A DNA stretch of 64,000 nt from Octopus sinensis (GCF_006345805.1 NC_043006.1:27962001-28026000); one strand, 5' to 3'. Positions 32,307 to 46,736 are shown, counted from the stretch's first letter. Program-made: numbers and translations. Notes: generated by a model not told the origin, from the letters alone.

Positions 32307-32703
32307 GGCGTAGGAGTGGCTGTGTGTAATAGCTTGCTTACCAACTACGTGGTTCTGGGTTCTGTCCCACTGCATGGCACCTTGGGCAAGTGTCTTCTAC
32401 TATAGCCTTGGGCCGACCAAAGCCTTGTGAGTGGATTTGGTAGATGGAAACTGAAAGAAGTTTGTCGTATGTGTGTATGAGTCTGTGTCTTTGTGTGTGT
32501 GTGTTTGTCCCCCCAACATCGCTTGACAACCGATGCTGGTGTGTTTACATCTCTGTAACTTAGCAGTTCGGTAAAAGAGACTGATAGAATAAGTACTAGG
32601 CTTACAAAGAATAAGTCCTGGGGTTGATTTTCTCAACGAAAGGCGGTGCTCCAGCATGGCCACAGTCACATGGCTGAAACAAGTAAAAGAGAGTAAAAAG
32701 AGT
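32307..32703 (+). mobile_element. tRNA-type SINE, family A
   Basis: Near-complete copy similar to 35290-35695. Confidence 0.75.
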
Positions 32704-32794
32704 ATATATATATACTTTTCTATATGCTACGTTGGATACGTTGGATTTCTATACACTACGTTGGGTATGATGGTTGTTATAAATCTTGAATTAT

Positions 32795-32858
32795 GCTTGC
32801 ACTGATGAGTAAAAGAGTGCATCACTGCACTGATTACGAAATCACAGTGATCTGCAGC
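32795..32858 (+). ncRNA. Type I hammerhead ribozyme motif, canonical core
   Basis: GCTTGCA-CTGATGA-GTAA[AAG AGTGCA TCAC TGCACT GA]TTAC-GAA-ATCAC A GTGAT-C-TGCAGC. All core positions and stems I-III are present; predicted cleavage after C32852. Confidence 0.75.
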
Positions 32859-34149
32859 TAAATTCTGTTTTTAAATGACTTGCTTCGAGAGTTGCATTCG
32901 GTACGATGTATTTATTTTAGTAGTTTTGACTTCAAGAGTCCCTCCTAGCGTGTGGCATTTATGTGTAGTAATGCCCTCTATATAATATAAATAAATATAT
33001 TTAAGTGAAAAAAATTGGTGGATTTTTTTCTCTTACGAGGTTTTTCATGCTGACTACTTGATAAATTCTTATAAACATTTTATCCTATTTTTAAATTGTA
33101 ATATATATATGCACAAACACATACACACACATACATGCATGCACAGTTAAAAATAAGTATTTTCATTTAAAAATAACAACGACTAGCAGTTAATGCCATT
33201 AATGTTCGTTGTATATTTGCCATAAATCAACACCAAGAAAAGCATGAACAAAGGAGGAGCTCCAAAGGACCAACATTCTGCACAAGAGACAGTCTAGGAT
33301 TTTTCACTGTCAGTTGTGCTGTCACTTTTGTCTAGGCAATGAGAGGAGAGATAAATGGATAGTGGGTGCCTGAATAAAGATAACATAATTATGTCTTTAT
33401 GGTCTAATGTCTTGACAAGAAAAGAGATAGTCGCAAGGCCTTGTGTCAGAATCTCACTACTGCTTGCACCATCTAGCTGAGCTTGTTTAAATGGCCGCTG
33501 TCAAGGGAGGCAACTGCACCTACAGTAATATCGGTGTGACATGATATAATAAAGGTTGACCTTTGATATACAGGTACAACTCATCTAACAAGTTTCTACA
33601 CAGTTTCCAGCTATTGAATTTCATTTATAAGACTTACGTGAACATAGGACTATGATGAAAACTGCCTGTCCAATATGTCCTGCTGTAGAATTGAACCTAG
33701 AAACTCATGATTACAAATTAAGTTTTTTAACCACTAGGGTATACCTGCATCTATATTAAATACATGGAATTTTGTTCAAAATACACGTTTTAAATAAAAA
33801 TTCTGAGCAGATAGTTCAGAAACTTTGCGATCATCATCACCATCATCATTGTTATTATCGTTGCCATTATTGTCATCATCATCATTGTCATCATTGTCGT
33901 CATCAGTGATTCCCTTAAACACAATTTACAAATGCCAAAATTTGTGTTGTATGGAGGAGCCTCACATACTATGGACCAGGATAGGGTTTAGGGAATATTT
34001 TGGGATCTGAGGTTGTGTATATAAGTTGCTAATGAGATAGATAATTTAGGATTTGGTTGGAGAAAGAGTTCATGCATGTCGGGTAGCAGCTCTTGAAATC
34101 AACAGTGCCACCAATATAGACCCTTGCTTGGCGTGACCATAGTGTTATA

Positions 34150-34490
34150 ACTCAGTACTTGTAGACTCTAAGAGGGCAGGGATGAGACACCTGACAATTG
34201 CAAGTTTTCCTACCTGATCTTTGGTTGAAGTTTACTGCTGGAGAAGTCAGGTTCCTATGGTCTGTTGTCAGTAGAGAAGAACTAGAGATATAATTGGTAT
34301 CGGTGTTCAAGTGAGAATTTATATCTCCACTGGTATATGTGGTCATATGGGTAGTATTGTGGGGAGATGCCTTGAGGTTGGTATTATTGAGGTGAGTGGG
34401 GTCACTAAGGGTTGTATTATTGCCACAAGGTGGGGTGCAGTGGGATAGATGATAGGTTCTCAAAATTGGTGTTATAGCTTGCATCTGTTA
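34150..34490 (-). mobile_element. Penelope-like element remnant (Cys-rich linker before GIY-YIG)
   Basis: Only the KTCNCQVSHPCPL motif supports this call; it matches the CxC-x4/5-CPL linker also seen at 51700. Confidence 0.4.
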
Positions 34491-35289
34491 CAGGAGGTAA
34501 TTATGGATCCTAAATTAGGTGAGGTGGAACAGGAGATTTTAATAAATGATTTATTGAAGATAGAGTAGTATTTATGCTGCACTGGGAAGTTAGAGTTTAG
34601 GATTTTAAAGAAAGTTTGGGTAGAGATTTACCTTGGAAGGAGAAAGGTGGTACGAAATGTAGGATCTCATGCTTCCTGTACTTAGAAGGATTCTACATAC
34701 CTTAGTAATCTTCTGTTACCAAATTAGACACTTTTCCTCCTTCAAATAATTGCCATCCCTTTTCTCACAATCTCAACTTCTAATAATTCTATAGCTATCA
34801 TTCCTAAACTTTGAAACCTATACACAGATCCAACAACAACTAACCACCCTTCAATTACTACCCCCCACTCATCTCCCAATTCTCCACCTCTCTTAATACC
34901 CTCATTATTAACTCCTGCCCTCTTCTTGAACTAACTCTCTTACCTCCTCTCACCATTCTCTGCCTTAACGCTCCCCATAACCCCATTGGCCCTCCTACTT
35001 TCTGCCTCTAATATGGCTTGCTCTCCCTATTCAATCATTCCACCTTTGAACTTCGCTGCATTATGATCTAAAATGTAAGAGCTTTTCTACCCTGATGACA
35101 GAGGCTTGATTTATCCAATGTTGATTGCTTTCATTACAGATGAACTACATCTACCAACATTATGATGGATCTGTGAGCCCCCAGAAACAGCTGTTGGACT
35201 TATAACACCTTTCTTCCTCCCCTTTAATTTTCTCTATCGTTTGTACTCTGTATAAGTTGGCTCTATTAAGATAACTATCTATATATTTA

Positions 35290-35452
35290 GGTGCAGGAGT
35301 GGCTGTGTGGTAAGTAGCTTGTTAACCAACCACATGGTTCCGGGTTCAGCCCCACTGCGTGGCCCCTTGGGCAAGTGTCTTCTACTATAGCCTCAGGCCG
35401 ACCAAAGCCTTGTGAGTGGATTTGGTAGACGGAAACTGAAAGAAGCCCGTGG

Positions 35453-35489
<37 letters not shown>

Positions 35490-35695
35490 GTGTCTGTGTT
35501 TGTCCCCCAGGCATTGCTTGACAACCGATGCTGGTGTGTTTATGTCCCCGTAACTTAGCGGTTCAGCAAAAGAGACCGATAGAATAAGTACTGGGCTTAC
35601 AAAGAATAAGCCCCGGGGTCGAGTTGCTCGATTAAAGGCAGTGCTCCAGCATGGCCGCAGTCAAATGACTGAAACAAGTAAAAGAGTAAAAAAAG
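35290..35695 (+). mobile_element. tRNA-type SINE, family A (best-preserved copy)
   Basis: GGTGCAGGAGTGGCTGTGTGGTAAG...GGTTCCGGGTTCAG head and GAAACAAGTAAAAGAGTAAAA tail. Further degenerate or partial copies lie near 1020-1200, 17770-17960, 18225-18580(-), 46545-46740(-) and 47885-48040(-). Confidence 0.8.
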
Positions 35696-35709
35696 TGTAA
35701 AGAGTATAT

Positions 35710-35982
35710 GGAGGTGCAATGGCCCAGTGGTTAGGGCAGCGGACTCGCGGTTTCGATTCCTAGACCGGGCATTGTGAGTGTTTATTGAGCAAAAGCACCT
35801 GAAGCTCCACAAGGCTCTGGCAGGGGGGTGGGGGTGGCGATCTCTGCTGTACTCTTTCGTCACAACTTTCTTCTGTTGGCCTGCTTACTTAGCCAGCGGG
35901 GTGGCGTCATTTGAAGGCTAAAACAATGCGAACCGCATTGTGACCAGCGATGTGTAGCAACATCTGATCGGTCATGGTGATA
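35710..35982 (+). mobile_element. tRNA-type SINE, family B
   Basis: TGGCCCAGTGG A-box and GGTTTCGATTCC B-box-like head, with a body different from family A. Confidence 0.6.
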
Positions 35983-38341
35983 TGTATACATAATTATTCA
36001 TTGTCTGAAAGTTTCCACTTTCTGCTTTCTCTTGTTTTGCATGTATACCTATAGACATATTCTGTATTTCATACCAAACCTGTTATAGTTAATATATCTA
36101 ATTTGTTTATCCACATAATTGCTTCCATATCTGCTCAGCTAGATCCATCTTATAGCCATTCTTTACCCTGTGAAACTGATCCACTGCAAAGACATCAGAT
36201 TCTAAGTTTGAATCATTTGAGCACTACTTAGTATCTTCTATACTGAGAATCTCTGGATCTCATCTGTTGACTGTATATGTATATGAGTGTGTTTGTGTGT
36301 GTGTGTGTATAACAACTGGTGTTGATTTGCTTACATCCCTGTAACTTAGTAGTTTGGCAAAAGAGATCAGTAAATACTAGGTCTGATTTGTTTGACTAAC
36401 TCCTTCAAAGCAATGCCCCAGCATGGCTGCAGTTGAATGAATGAAAAAAGTAGAAGACAAAAGATATTAAAATCTATTATATCGCTAACTTCAGAAAAGA
36501 AACCTCAAAATTGAAATGTTGAGTAACAGCTGGTTACTTCTTTTTCCCTTTCTACTCTTCAAAAATGATTTGTAATAGTATGGATGTTTGCAAAAGGAGA
36601 TTAATTCTGTGGTATGAAACGTCAGCAATACACGTACGCATGCCCATATGCACACAAAGGTCTATTGACAAAATAGAAAGTAAAGAAAATATACTTACGT
36701 GATCAAAGATAAAAAAGCAAACAAATTTATAGATTTTTTCCTGTTTACTCAGCTGAACATTAAAATGAAAAAAAATGAGTTTGTTAAATGATATTCTCTA
36801 AACATGAAACACAGGAAATAATGAAGGAAGGTGATGGGGGGTTTGATAACTTGCCAGCCTACTAGCTAGAATTTTGATAGACCTGTGCTCTATAGGTCTA
36901 TAGGTGCCAGGGCCACATAAAATGCACTTGCTAACAAAGAAACAGCCCCACTAATCAGTCCACCAGAACATGGTGGAGTGGAAAATATAATTAGAATGGA
37001 ACTGCCATTTTGCCTTCCAGGACCTATTCCCTTTTTCTTTCCTCAGACTTGACATCTAACATCATAGCTCTTTACTTATTTTGAAAATTACTACCAACCC
37101 ACTGCAGTGTTATTTTTGTAACACACTAATAACCTTCAGTTCTTCCAGCTTCATCATCATACCAGTATCATTCACCCATTATTGTGGTCAGACATAACCT
37201 CTCCAGAACAACAACTACACTTATAAATATTTGTATGGATCACTGTAGTCAATGTTAAAGTGTTGTTTTTACTGATATCTTTATTGATGATGCTTAACAC
37301 CACATCAAACCTGATATGGCTTCCCAGCCATATATTCAGATATAGTATATGAAGAACTACAATATCCTGTGTCCTTACATTTAAAGATGGCTTCCGTGTC
37401 GGTGGCACCATTCGAGTGTGATCGTTACCAACGTCGCCTTACTGGCACCTGTGCTGGTGGTATGTGTAAAACGATTCGAGCGAGGTCGTTGCCAGTACCG
37501 CCTGACTGGCCCCCGTGCCGGTGGCACATAAAAAGCACCCATTACACAATTGGAATGGTTAGCGTTAGGAAGGGCATCCAGCTGTAGAAACTCTGCCAAA
37601 TCAAGATTGGAGCCTAGTGCAGCCATCTGGTTCGCCAGCCCTCAGTCAAAATCGTCCAACTTATGCTAGCATGGAAAGTGGATGTTAAATGATAATGATG
37701 ATGTAGAGTGCAATATAAGGAAAATTTAGCAACTATTTCTAGCAGGTTGGGCAACTACGTAGAGACCCTGCATTATCTCATGAATCAGCATCATAATCTC
37801 AAGAATCATCATCATAATCATCGTTTAACTTCTGTCCTCCATGCTGGTATGGATTGCATGGTTTGACAGAATCTGATGCAGTGAAGAACTGCATTGAGCT
37901 CCAATATCTGCTTTGGCTTAGTTTCTATGGTTGGATACCCTTATTGACATTTTTCATGGCACTGGGATTAATGAGGTCATTGAATAACTTGCAAGGCAAA
38001 AGGAAAAAAAAACCTTCACTGAGCAGGGGTGTAGCAGAGGGAGAGGTAACTTTATGCCATGTGTTATGAGCCTAAAGTAAAACAGAACAGGGACAAGTGA
38101 CTTACTGTAGAGGAGATAGATATAACTGCAAAAAAACAAACAAAAAAATTTAATAAAATAAATTTATTATTAAATTGCTATTTCATAACTTTATAACTTT
38201 TTGAGACTGTGCAGATAGAAAAGACAACCATAATAGGTATTTTGAAAATAGATTTGAACAATTATTAGAAATTTATTCCATGAATTTCAAAGAATAATTA
38301 TACAGAACACGTGTGCATGTGTGGTTGTTTTTGTATGTGTT

Positions 38342-38373
<32 letters not shown>

Positions 38374-38739
38374 AATACATACATATATATGCATACATAC
38401 ATATACATATATGTATACATACATACACATATACTTTCATACACACACAGATACACCAAGTGTGACATAGTTTGTACATGTATATCGTTCAGGAATTTAT
38501 AATTAATCAGCAATCATAGTAAACAGTTTATCAGTTTACAATTATAGTTGAGGATTTCAGTTTTCATTGATAGCTTTTGTTGATTTGTAATATATCATCA
38601 TATATAAACCATGCACAAAAATTTCAGATTATTAAGTAATTAGCTTAATAAGATTTAGGAAATTCTAGACTTCCTTCAACATGACAATAAACTCAGTTGC
38701 AGAAATACTTCTAGGAATTCAAACTTCAAATTTTCTTGT

Positions 38740-38817
38740 TTATTCTCCAATGAATTTTGGTGGCCGTTTTTCTCGGAATGCTTTCAAACCTTCTAGTCTG
38801 TCTTTTGTTGGAATTAC
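38740..38817 (-). CDS. AUH: AUH exon 9 (last coding)
   Basis: 78 nt; [25 protein letters not shown]. Confidence 0.95.
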   Translation of the reverse strand, partial: VIPTKDRLEGLKAFREKRPPKFIGE

Positions 38818-39352
38818 CTGAAAGACCAAATAGAGAATATTAGCTTCACTTTCTCTTCTTTTCCTTTATTAAGGTAGTGCATTGGGCACTTTTCTTATAG
38901 TTTTATGTATGTATCAGATGGATGTTGTTATTAATACCAGGCCAGGTCTGATTGAGAATAGCCACTATGATCAAAGCCATTCCTGCTGTGACATTACCAG
39001 ATTTCTTTGCCAGAGTGTATTTACCACAACAATGCATTCTTTTTTTTTTATTTTTAAACATGGTAAGATGGAATTTGAGGCAGATTTGGTGACTATTTCT
39101 AGCAGATTGAGCACCTGCATAAAGTCTCCCTCATTGTTTGTATTGTGGATGGTAATAGCACTAACCAACATTGTTCAAGTGTATCTATAGTAGGAAATGA
39201 AGTGATAAAATGATGTTGTCAGAGTTTGAAGTAGTAGGCTTTATGCCTTTACTGTAAGCATAGGCTGAAAATAGTGAAGATATTGTAAGTAAAAGGTATC
39301 AACCCACTTGACATATTCAACATTAAAAAATTTGAGATTAGCAGTCTATGTG

Positions 39353-39394
<42 letters not shown>

Positions 39395-42300
39395 CATCAT
39401 CATCATCATCGTTTAGCGTGATGATGATGATGATATATATATATATATATATATATACAGGGTGTGATGGGCAAATTGTCACTTTATATTTTTAATTTTG
39501 CTCACACACATTGTTTGTTTTTAATTTTGTTGATTATATGGTATAGTAGGGTCAGTTGGGCACCGACTGTAAGAAAAACAACACCATGATGCAATTCACT
39601 CTGCAGAAATTTGGAAACGACATGTTGTACTGCTTGGCATTCACACCAGAAGCTCCAATACGAACATTTCAGAGTGTTTGGGTGTCAATTTGAGGACAGT
39701 GCAATCTGAGGACATGTACTGAAAGAGATAAAAATCAAACATCCAGTCAACATCATGGTGTTTGGAGTGATCACTAGTGATGGTGATGTTATGCCTCCAT
39801 TCATCTTCCCACATGGCCTCAGACTCAACACAAAAGCCTACATCAAGTGCCTGGAGGAGGTAGTGCTGCCCTAGGTCAAAAGGGTGGCTGCTGGAAGACC
39901 GAATGTCCGGCAAAGGATTCTGCACCATGCCACACAAGCAAGAGAACCCAGTCATGGCTGTCAGACAATTTCTGCGACCACATCACCCCTATCATCTGGT
40001 CACCTAACTCCCTAGACAGCAACCCACTTGATCATTATGTGTGGGGCGCAGTTGAGTGAGAGACCAACAAAACTCCTCATAACACCAAAGATGAACTGAA
40101 GGCAAGGATTATGGCAGTATTCACCAGCTTAAACAAGGAGACTGTCCAGAAGAGTTGCAGAAGATTTTGAAGTCTTCTGGAGCCTGTGGTTGAAGCCAAT
40201 GGTGATTTTATTGAATAAATTTACTCTTTAGTATTTCAAGATATTTTTATGTAATTTTGGTAAATATATCTTTTAAAATGAGATGTCAGTGTTATTTTCA
40301 TTTTTGTGTAATTTAGACAACTGTTTATTCACCGCACCCTGTACATTATATATATATATATATTTAATAAATGAAAAATGTATTGTAAATAAACAAACAA
40401 CAGGTAAAAAATGTATAACATATACTGAGTGTACAACTGGATGGGAGACAGACACAGAAGGTCCCTAATTCTTCATCAGTTATCAACCAGATGGTATTAC
40501 TCAGTTTTGCACCTTCAATGATAAGACTAAGAACTTCCCAGGCTGGTGGTGCCTGTGAAAGTTGCAGAGAATATAGGGCTGAGAGCAAACAAAACCATAC
40601 AGAGTGGACATACAAAAGTGAATAAATGTCATTAAGACGATGGACAAAGACAAAACAAGAAACTAGCAAACTATAGCCTTAGGGCCAAAAAGACAAGATG
40701 GGTAACACTTAGAAGGCATTCTAAAGGATTAGAAAACAACAAATAGCAAGACAGTGGAACAGAGAATTCAGGACTGAGCAGCAGGCAGAGGAAAAAGAGA
40801 GCAAGGGAGAGGAAGAGTGACAGAGAGAAAACAAGGGAAGGGATGAAGTGGAAAAAAGGAGAAAGGCTAGAAATAGAAGTAAGAGGGCGAGAGAGAGAGA
40901 GAAAAGGAGAAAGAGGAAAGGTTAGAAATAGAAGTAAGATGGTGAGTGAGAGAGAGAGAGAGAGAAAAGAAGGAGAAAGAGTGAAGGCTAGAAATAGAGT
41001 TACACAGATATATATATATATAAAACTTACTGTTAGTAAAAGCTGGTGTGCATTGCATTCTGTTACTTAATAATTAATAAAATGTATTGTAAATAAACAA
41101 TGACAGGGTAAAAAATGTACAATGCATACTGAGTGTACAACAGGATGGGAGACAGACACAGAAGGTCCCTAATTCTTCATCAGTTATCAACCAGATGGTA
41201 TTACTCAGTTTTGCACCTTCAATGATGAGACTGAGAACTTCCCATGCTAGCAGAGCCCACGAAAGTTGCCAAGAGCAAACAAAACAATACAGAGTTCAAT
41301 ATGAAAGTGAATAAATGTAATTTAAGATGATAAGGCTATGTTTTGCTGGTGTCTTGTTTGGTTTGTCTTTGTCCATTGTCTTAAATTACATTCACTTTCA
41401 TGTGTCCTCTCTGTATTGTTTTATTTGCTCTCGGCTCTATATTGTCTGTAACTTTCGCAGGCACTGCCAGCATGGAATGTTCTCAGTCTTATCATTGGAG
41501 ATGTGGATCTGAATAATACCATCTGCTTGATAACTGAAGAATTGGGGACCTTCTGTCTTTGTCACCCATCTGGTTGTACACTCAGTATACGTTGTACGTT
41601 TTTTTACTGTCGTTGTTTATTTACAATGCATTTTTTCATTTAAATAAGAGAACACAATGCACACCAGCTTTTATTAACAGTAAGTGTTATATATTTGTGC
41701 AGCTCTGTTTCTAACCTTCACTCTTTCTCCTTCTTTTCTCTCTCTCTTACCATCTTACTTCTATTTCTAGCCTTTCCTCTTTCTCCTTTTTACTCCCTCT
41801 CACCCTCTTCTATTTCTAGCCTTTCTCTTTGCTCCTTTTATCTCCCTTCATCTCTTCCCTTGTTTTCTGTCTGTCTCTCTTTTCCCTCTGCCTGCTGCTG
41901 ACACATGACCCATGGCCAGCCCTTCTTCTTTCTCTCCCTTTTTCACACCAGTTGCATAGTTGACCAGTCCTGAATTCTCTGTCCCACTGTCTTGCTCTTT
42001 GTTGTTTTCTAATCCTTTAGAATGCCTTCTAAGCATTACCCACAAGTCTTATCTTTTTGGCCCTAAGGCTATAGTTTGCTAGTTTCTTGTTTGTTTTGTC
42101 TTTGTCCATTATCTTAAATTACATTTATTCACTTTCATATGCCCACTCTGTATTGTTTTGTTTGCCTTTGGTCCTATATTCTCTGCAACTTTTGCGGGCA
42201 CCACCAGCCTGGGAAGTTCTTAGTCTTATCATTGAGGGTGCAAAACTGAGTAATACCATCTGATTGATAACTGTGTCTGTCTCCCATCCGGTTGTACACT

Positions 42301-45300
42301 CAGTATATGTTGTATGTTTTTTAACTCGCTGTTGTTTATTTTCATTTATTAAGTAACAAAATGCAACACACCCTGGCTTTTATTAACAGTAATTTTTATA
42401 TATATATAATCTATCAATCACTGCTATACTGACTACTGTATACAAGTACATGCACATACAAACATTTAATAGGTTCCATGTAGTTTCTTACAAACTTCAA
42501 TCACAGGATTTGGGTCAATCCAGACCTATGGTAGAAGACACTTGTCCAATATGACATGCAGTGAGATGGAACTTTGAACCACATAGTTCCATAGTGAACT
42601 TCTTAAACCTGTGGTCATACCAATGTTGTCACGTGAGATCCATTTTCTACTTATTTATATACTTTGCTATTCTGACTTTTCACTAATAATGACTAATAAC
42701 TCTGCTCAAGGACACAGCATGCTGCCCAGTTGGGGAATTGAATCCACAAACTTATGGCTATAAGCATGAGCTAAACATCCTATTTACAGTATTACTGCAA
42801 GTTGTAAACTTATTATGTTTATAATTTGAGAACTTTATCTCAGCATATATCAATGAATGGAACACAAAAGTCTGGTTTTACCTGTGCATAGTATGCCTCT
42901 TCGAATTTGCTGCCAGAAGCCAAGTCAACCTAAATAAAAATGTAACAAAATAGAGAACTTAATTAATTGCATATCAGAAACTAAACTCTTTGAACTAACA
43001 AGTACACTTTAGAGGGCATGATTTTGTTTGAGTATACTCCTGGGAGATGTAAAAGTGAGTGGCCACATAGTGTTGTGTTTATGGCTGAAAATAATGACAT
43101 TTCTACCAATTAGTGAGCCAAAAGGACAAAGCCATGTGGCTGCCTGCTTTTGGGTCATCTAGGTGTACAGTCAAATAAAATAGCACCCACTAAAGAGAAC
43201 TTGCAGGCTCAAAAGGTTAAAAAAAAATGCAAAGGTGTAGATATATTTTTCATAAAATTAGCTTTCAAAAATTATTCCAGATATAAATTAAAATAGGTCT
43301 ATCTAGAAAGAGGTTGAGTGTTAAAGAGATGATGTTCACTGCCATCCTGAGTTGCACTGGAAGAACAATAACAGTGAGTATGAAAGGAAGAGAGTCTTGC
43401 AACACAAAATACCTCAAGTCTTTGGTCCTCACGGTGCAGAACATTGGCAAATTTTTCCTTATCTGCTTCCCCTCTGGCTAAATAAACCTGTCTCCTAGCT
43501 TCCCTTCTGGCAGTCTGATACAATTCCCTGCTACTTCCGTTCTTCCAGTCCTTCCAAAACTGTTTCTTTTGTCTAATAGCCCTGTCAACCACATTGTTCC
43601 ACCACCACGTTACCTTGGGTTGAGAGGGGACTTTGCACCAGCCACAGATCTGGTCAATGGCTCTCAGCAGGTTGTCCCGTAGAAACCTCCAGTTGTCTTC
43701 CACATTATGTGATGCCATATCCCCTTCTAGTTCATCAAAGGCTTCAAGTAATACGTTTCTAAATCTCTGCCCATTTGCAGGATCTTTAAGTTTCCAGACC
43801 CTTCTCCTCCAGGCTGGTCTTCTTCTGGGCATCCATTCAGCCCTGATCCTGAAGTCACTAACTACTAATCTATGTTGAAGTCGCTAACTACTAATCTATC
43901 TCCCTGAATTTTTCCAGCCAGTTCTTGTTCTGGCAGCTATAATTTCAGTATATTCACCCACCTCAGCTATTTAGGTTCGCTAAGTAAAAGGAACTATCAA
44001 CCACTCCTAGAAAGCAGCCTGAGTAATGGAGAGAGTATATTTCACATGTGTGAAATATAATCTCGTGTTAATGTTAGCAATCAATATATTGGGTCATCCC
44101 ATAAATAATGCGGTTTTTTCAATTACATGAACTAAAAGTTGGAGGGGGAAGGGATAAACTACCTGCATCAACTTGCTATAAAAGCTGGTAGTAATTTTAC
44201 CTTGCGCTTATTCTTAGTGCAAGTTTTGAAGAGTACAGTTCGATTTTAACAGTTATTTTTTCAAAGTTATAATGGAAGTGATAAAAGAGCATATTCAGCA
44301 TATTTTGCTTTATGAGTTCAATAAAGGCAACAACGCAACGGAGAGTGCAAGAAATATTAATGCAGTACATGGGGATCGGACAATAAGTGTAAGCCAGTTT
44401 CAACAGTGGTTCCAGAAATTCTGAGCCGGACTCTACAGCCTAGAAGACAAGCCTTGTCCTGGAAGATCTGTAGAGCTCGATGAGGATATCCTGCAAACTC
44501 TGGTGGAACAAAGTCCCATTGTAACTGTTGAGGAACTAGCAGAGAAGCTTGGATTTAGTCATTCAGCCATTCATCAACACCAGTGTGCCATTGGAAAAGA
44601 AAGCAAATTGGGTCAATGAGTTCCTCACAAACTTTCTGAGTCTAATCGCATGCAGAGAGTAAATCGGTGCTCTTCTTTGCTGTCACGTCTCATGAATGAA
44701 CCTTTCTTGGATTGAATAGTGACTGGTGACGAGAAATGAGTTCTCTATGAAAATGTCAAGTGCTGAAAACAGTGGGTAGGGAAAGGAGAAATACTGGCAC
44801 CCCAAGCTAAAGAAGGCCTTCACCCATGTAAGGTGTTGTTATCTGTTTGGTGGGGTATGAAAGTTTTAGTCCACTTTGAACTTTTAAACCCAAACTGAAT
44901 GATAAGAAAGGAAATCTACTACTAGCAGCTTGAGTGGCTGAAGTTAGCACTAGAAGGAAAACGACCATCTTTGGTTTGAAAATGAAAGGTGTTCTTTCAT
45001 CAGGATAATGCTCGGCAATATACAGTGAAGATGACATTCCAAAGGCTGGAGCAGTTTGAATGGGAGCTGAAGCCCCACCCACTATATTCACTGACATTGC
45101 CCCATCTGATTATCATTTATTCTGCAGTCTTCAAAGTCATTTGGATGGAAAAAATATGAATTCTGTAGATGAGATCAGAACAGTACTGGAGGAGTATTTT
45201 TCGTCACAGACAAGTGAATTTTGGAAGAGGGGCCTTGCAAGTCCACCAGATAGATGGAAGAGCATTGTAGAAAATGAAGGAGAGTATAATTTAGATTAAA

Positions 45301-46736
45301 AAAGAACTTTTTTATCTTAATATTGAAAAATAAGAGAAGTATAAAAAAACCGAATTATTTATGGGATAACCCAATGATTGACTATAGCTTAGCAAAATAG
45401 TTGCAGCAATAGCACTAGTAATGCTGGCAGTATTGAAATTTTTTGATCACTTTTAGAAACAAGCTTAATCTTACCTCAACGCCATTGTTTATAGCTAGTT
45501 TAGCCATTCTTAATGCAAATGGACCCTGTAAAGAGACAAGAATAGGTGAAAGCAGATACATCAGAAATCAACAGGTTTTTTTTTGATGATCATGAAAGTG
45601 ATGGTGATGACTGCAAAAAGAAATGATAGTGAAGACAACAAATAGAATACTTAATTCTATTTATCATCATCATCATTGGTCTTCCATTTTCATAATGTGT
45701 TAACCATAATGTAAGAGATGTTGTGAACTCAACACTGGCCAATGCATATTTTAACTTCTAAACGATTAATTCTAATTAGACATGGTTTGATCAAATAAAC
45801 AGCACAGGTCACTCCTTTGAATTACAAATATCAGAGCCATGTTGTATTGGAAGAGCTTTAAGATACCTCCTACCTACATCATCATCATCATTTAATGTCC
45901 GCTTTCCATGCTAGCATGGGTTGGACGATTTGACTGAGGACTGGTGAACCAAATGGCTGCACCAGGCTCCAATCTGATCTGGCAGAATTTCTACAGCTGG
46001 ATGCCCTTCCTAACGCCAACCACTCCGAGAGTGTAGTGGGTGCTTTTACGTGCCAGTCAGGCAGTACTGGCAACGGCCACACTCAAATGGTGTTTTTTAC
46101 ATGCCACCTGCACAGGAGGCAGTCCAGCGGCACTGCCAATGACCTCACTCGAATGTTTTTTCACGTGCCAGTAGGGTGACGCTGGTAACAATCATACTCG
46201 AATGGTGCTTTTTACGTGTGTGTGTGTATGTGTATATACATATATATACCGTCCAACCCGTGCTAGAACGGAAAACAGACGTTAAACGATGATGATGATA
46301 CACTAACATAAAAATATAGATGTAATATTCAGAAGTTACATCTAAGTAGATTTTCTTTCAGTTAATCCTTTTGATATCAACTTGCCTAAAACTGCAAAAT
46401 TCCATGCTGGTTTATATTCTAAACACCAGCTTTATAAGAGCAAAGTTATTTCACTAAATTCTTCATTATTTTCAAAATTAATTTAAACAAATACCTTCAC
46501 CTTCCATTTAAATATACAAATATGTAGAGAATCAAATATATCTTTAATACTTTTATTTGTTTCAGTCATTTGACTGCAGCCATGCTGGAGCACCACCTTT
46601 AGTTGAACAAATCGACACCAGGACTTATTCTTTGTAAGCCTGGTACTTATTCTCTTTTGGTGAATCACTAAGTTACAGGGATGTAAACGCACTAACATCA
46701 GTTGTCAAGCGATGGGGAGGGGGGAAACACAAACAC

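Noticed and set aside
40455-40485. Hammerhead in the palindrome unit (minus strand CTGATGA-AGAA..TTCT)
   Set aside because: GAAA is absent in all four copies, and two copies also lose part of the CUGAUGA box.
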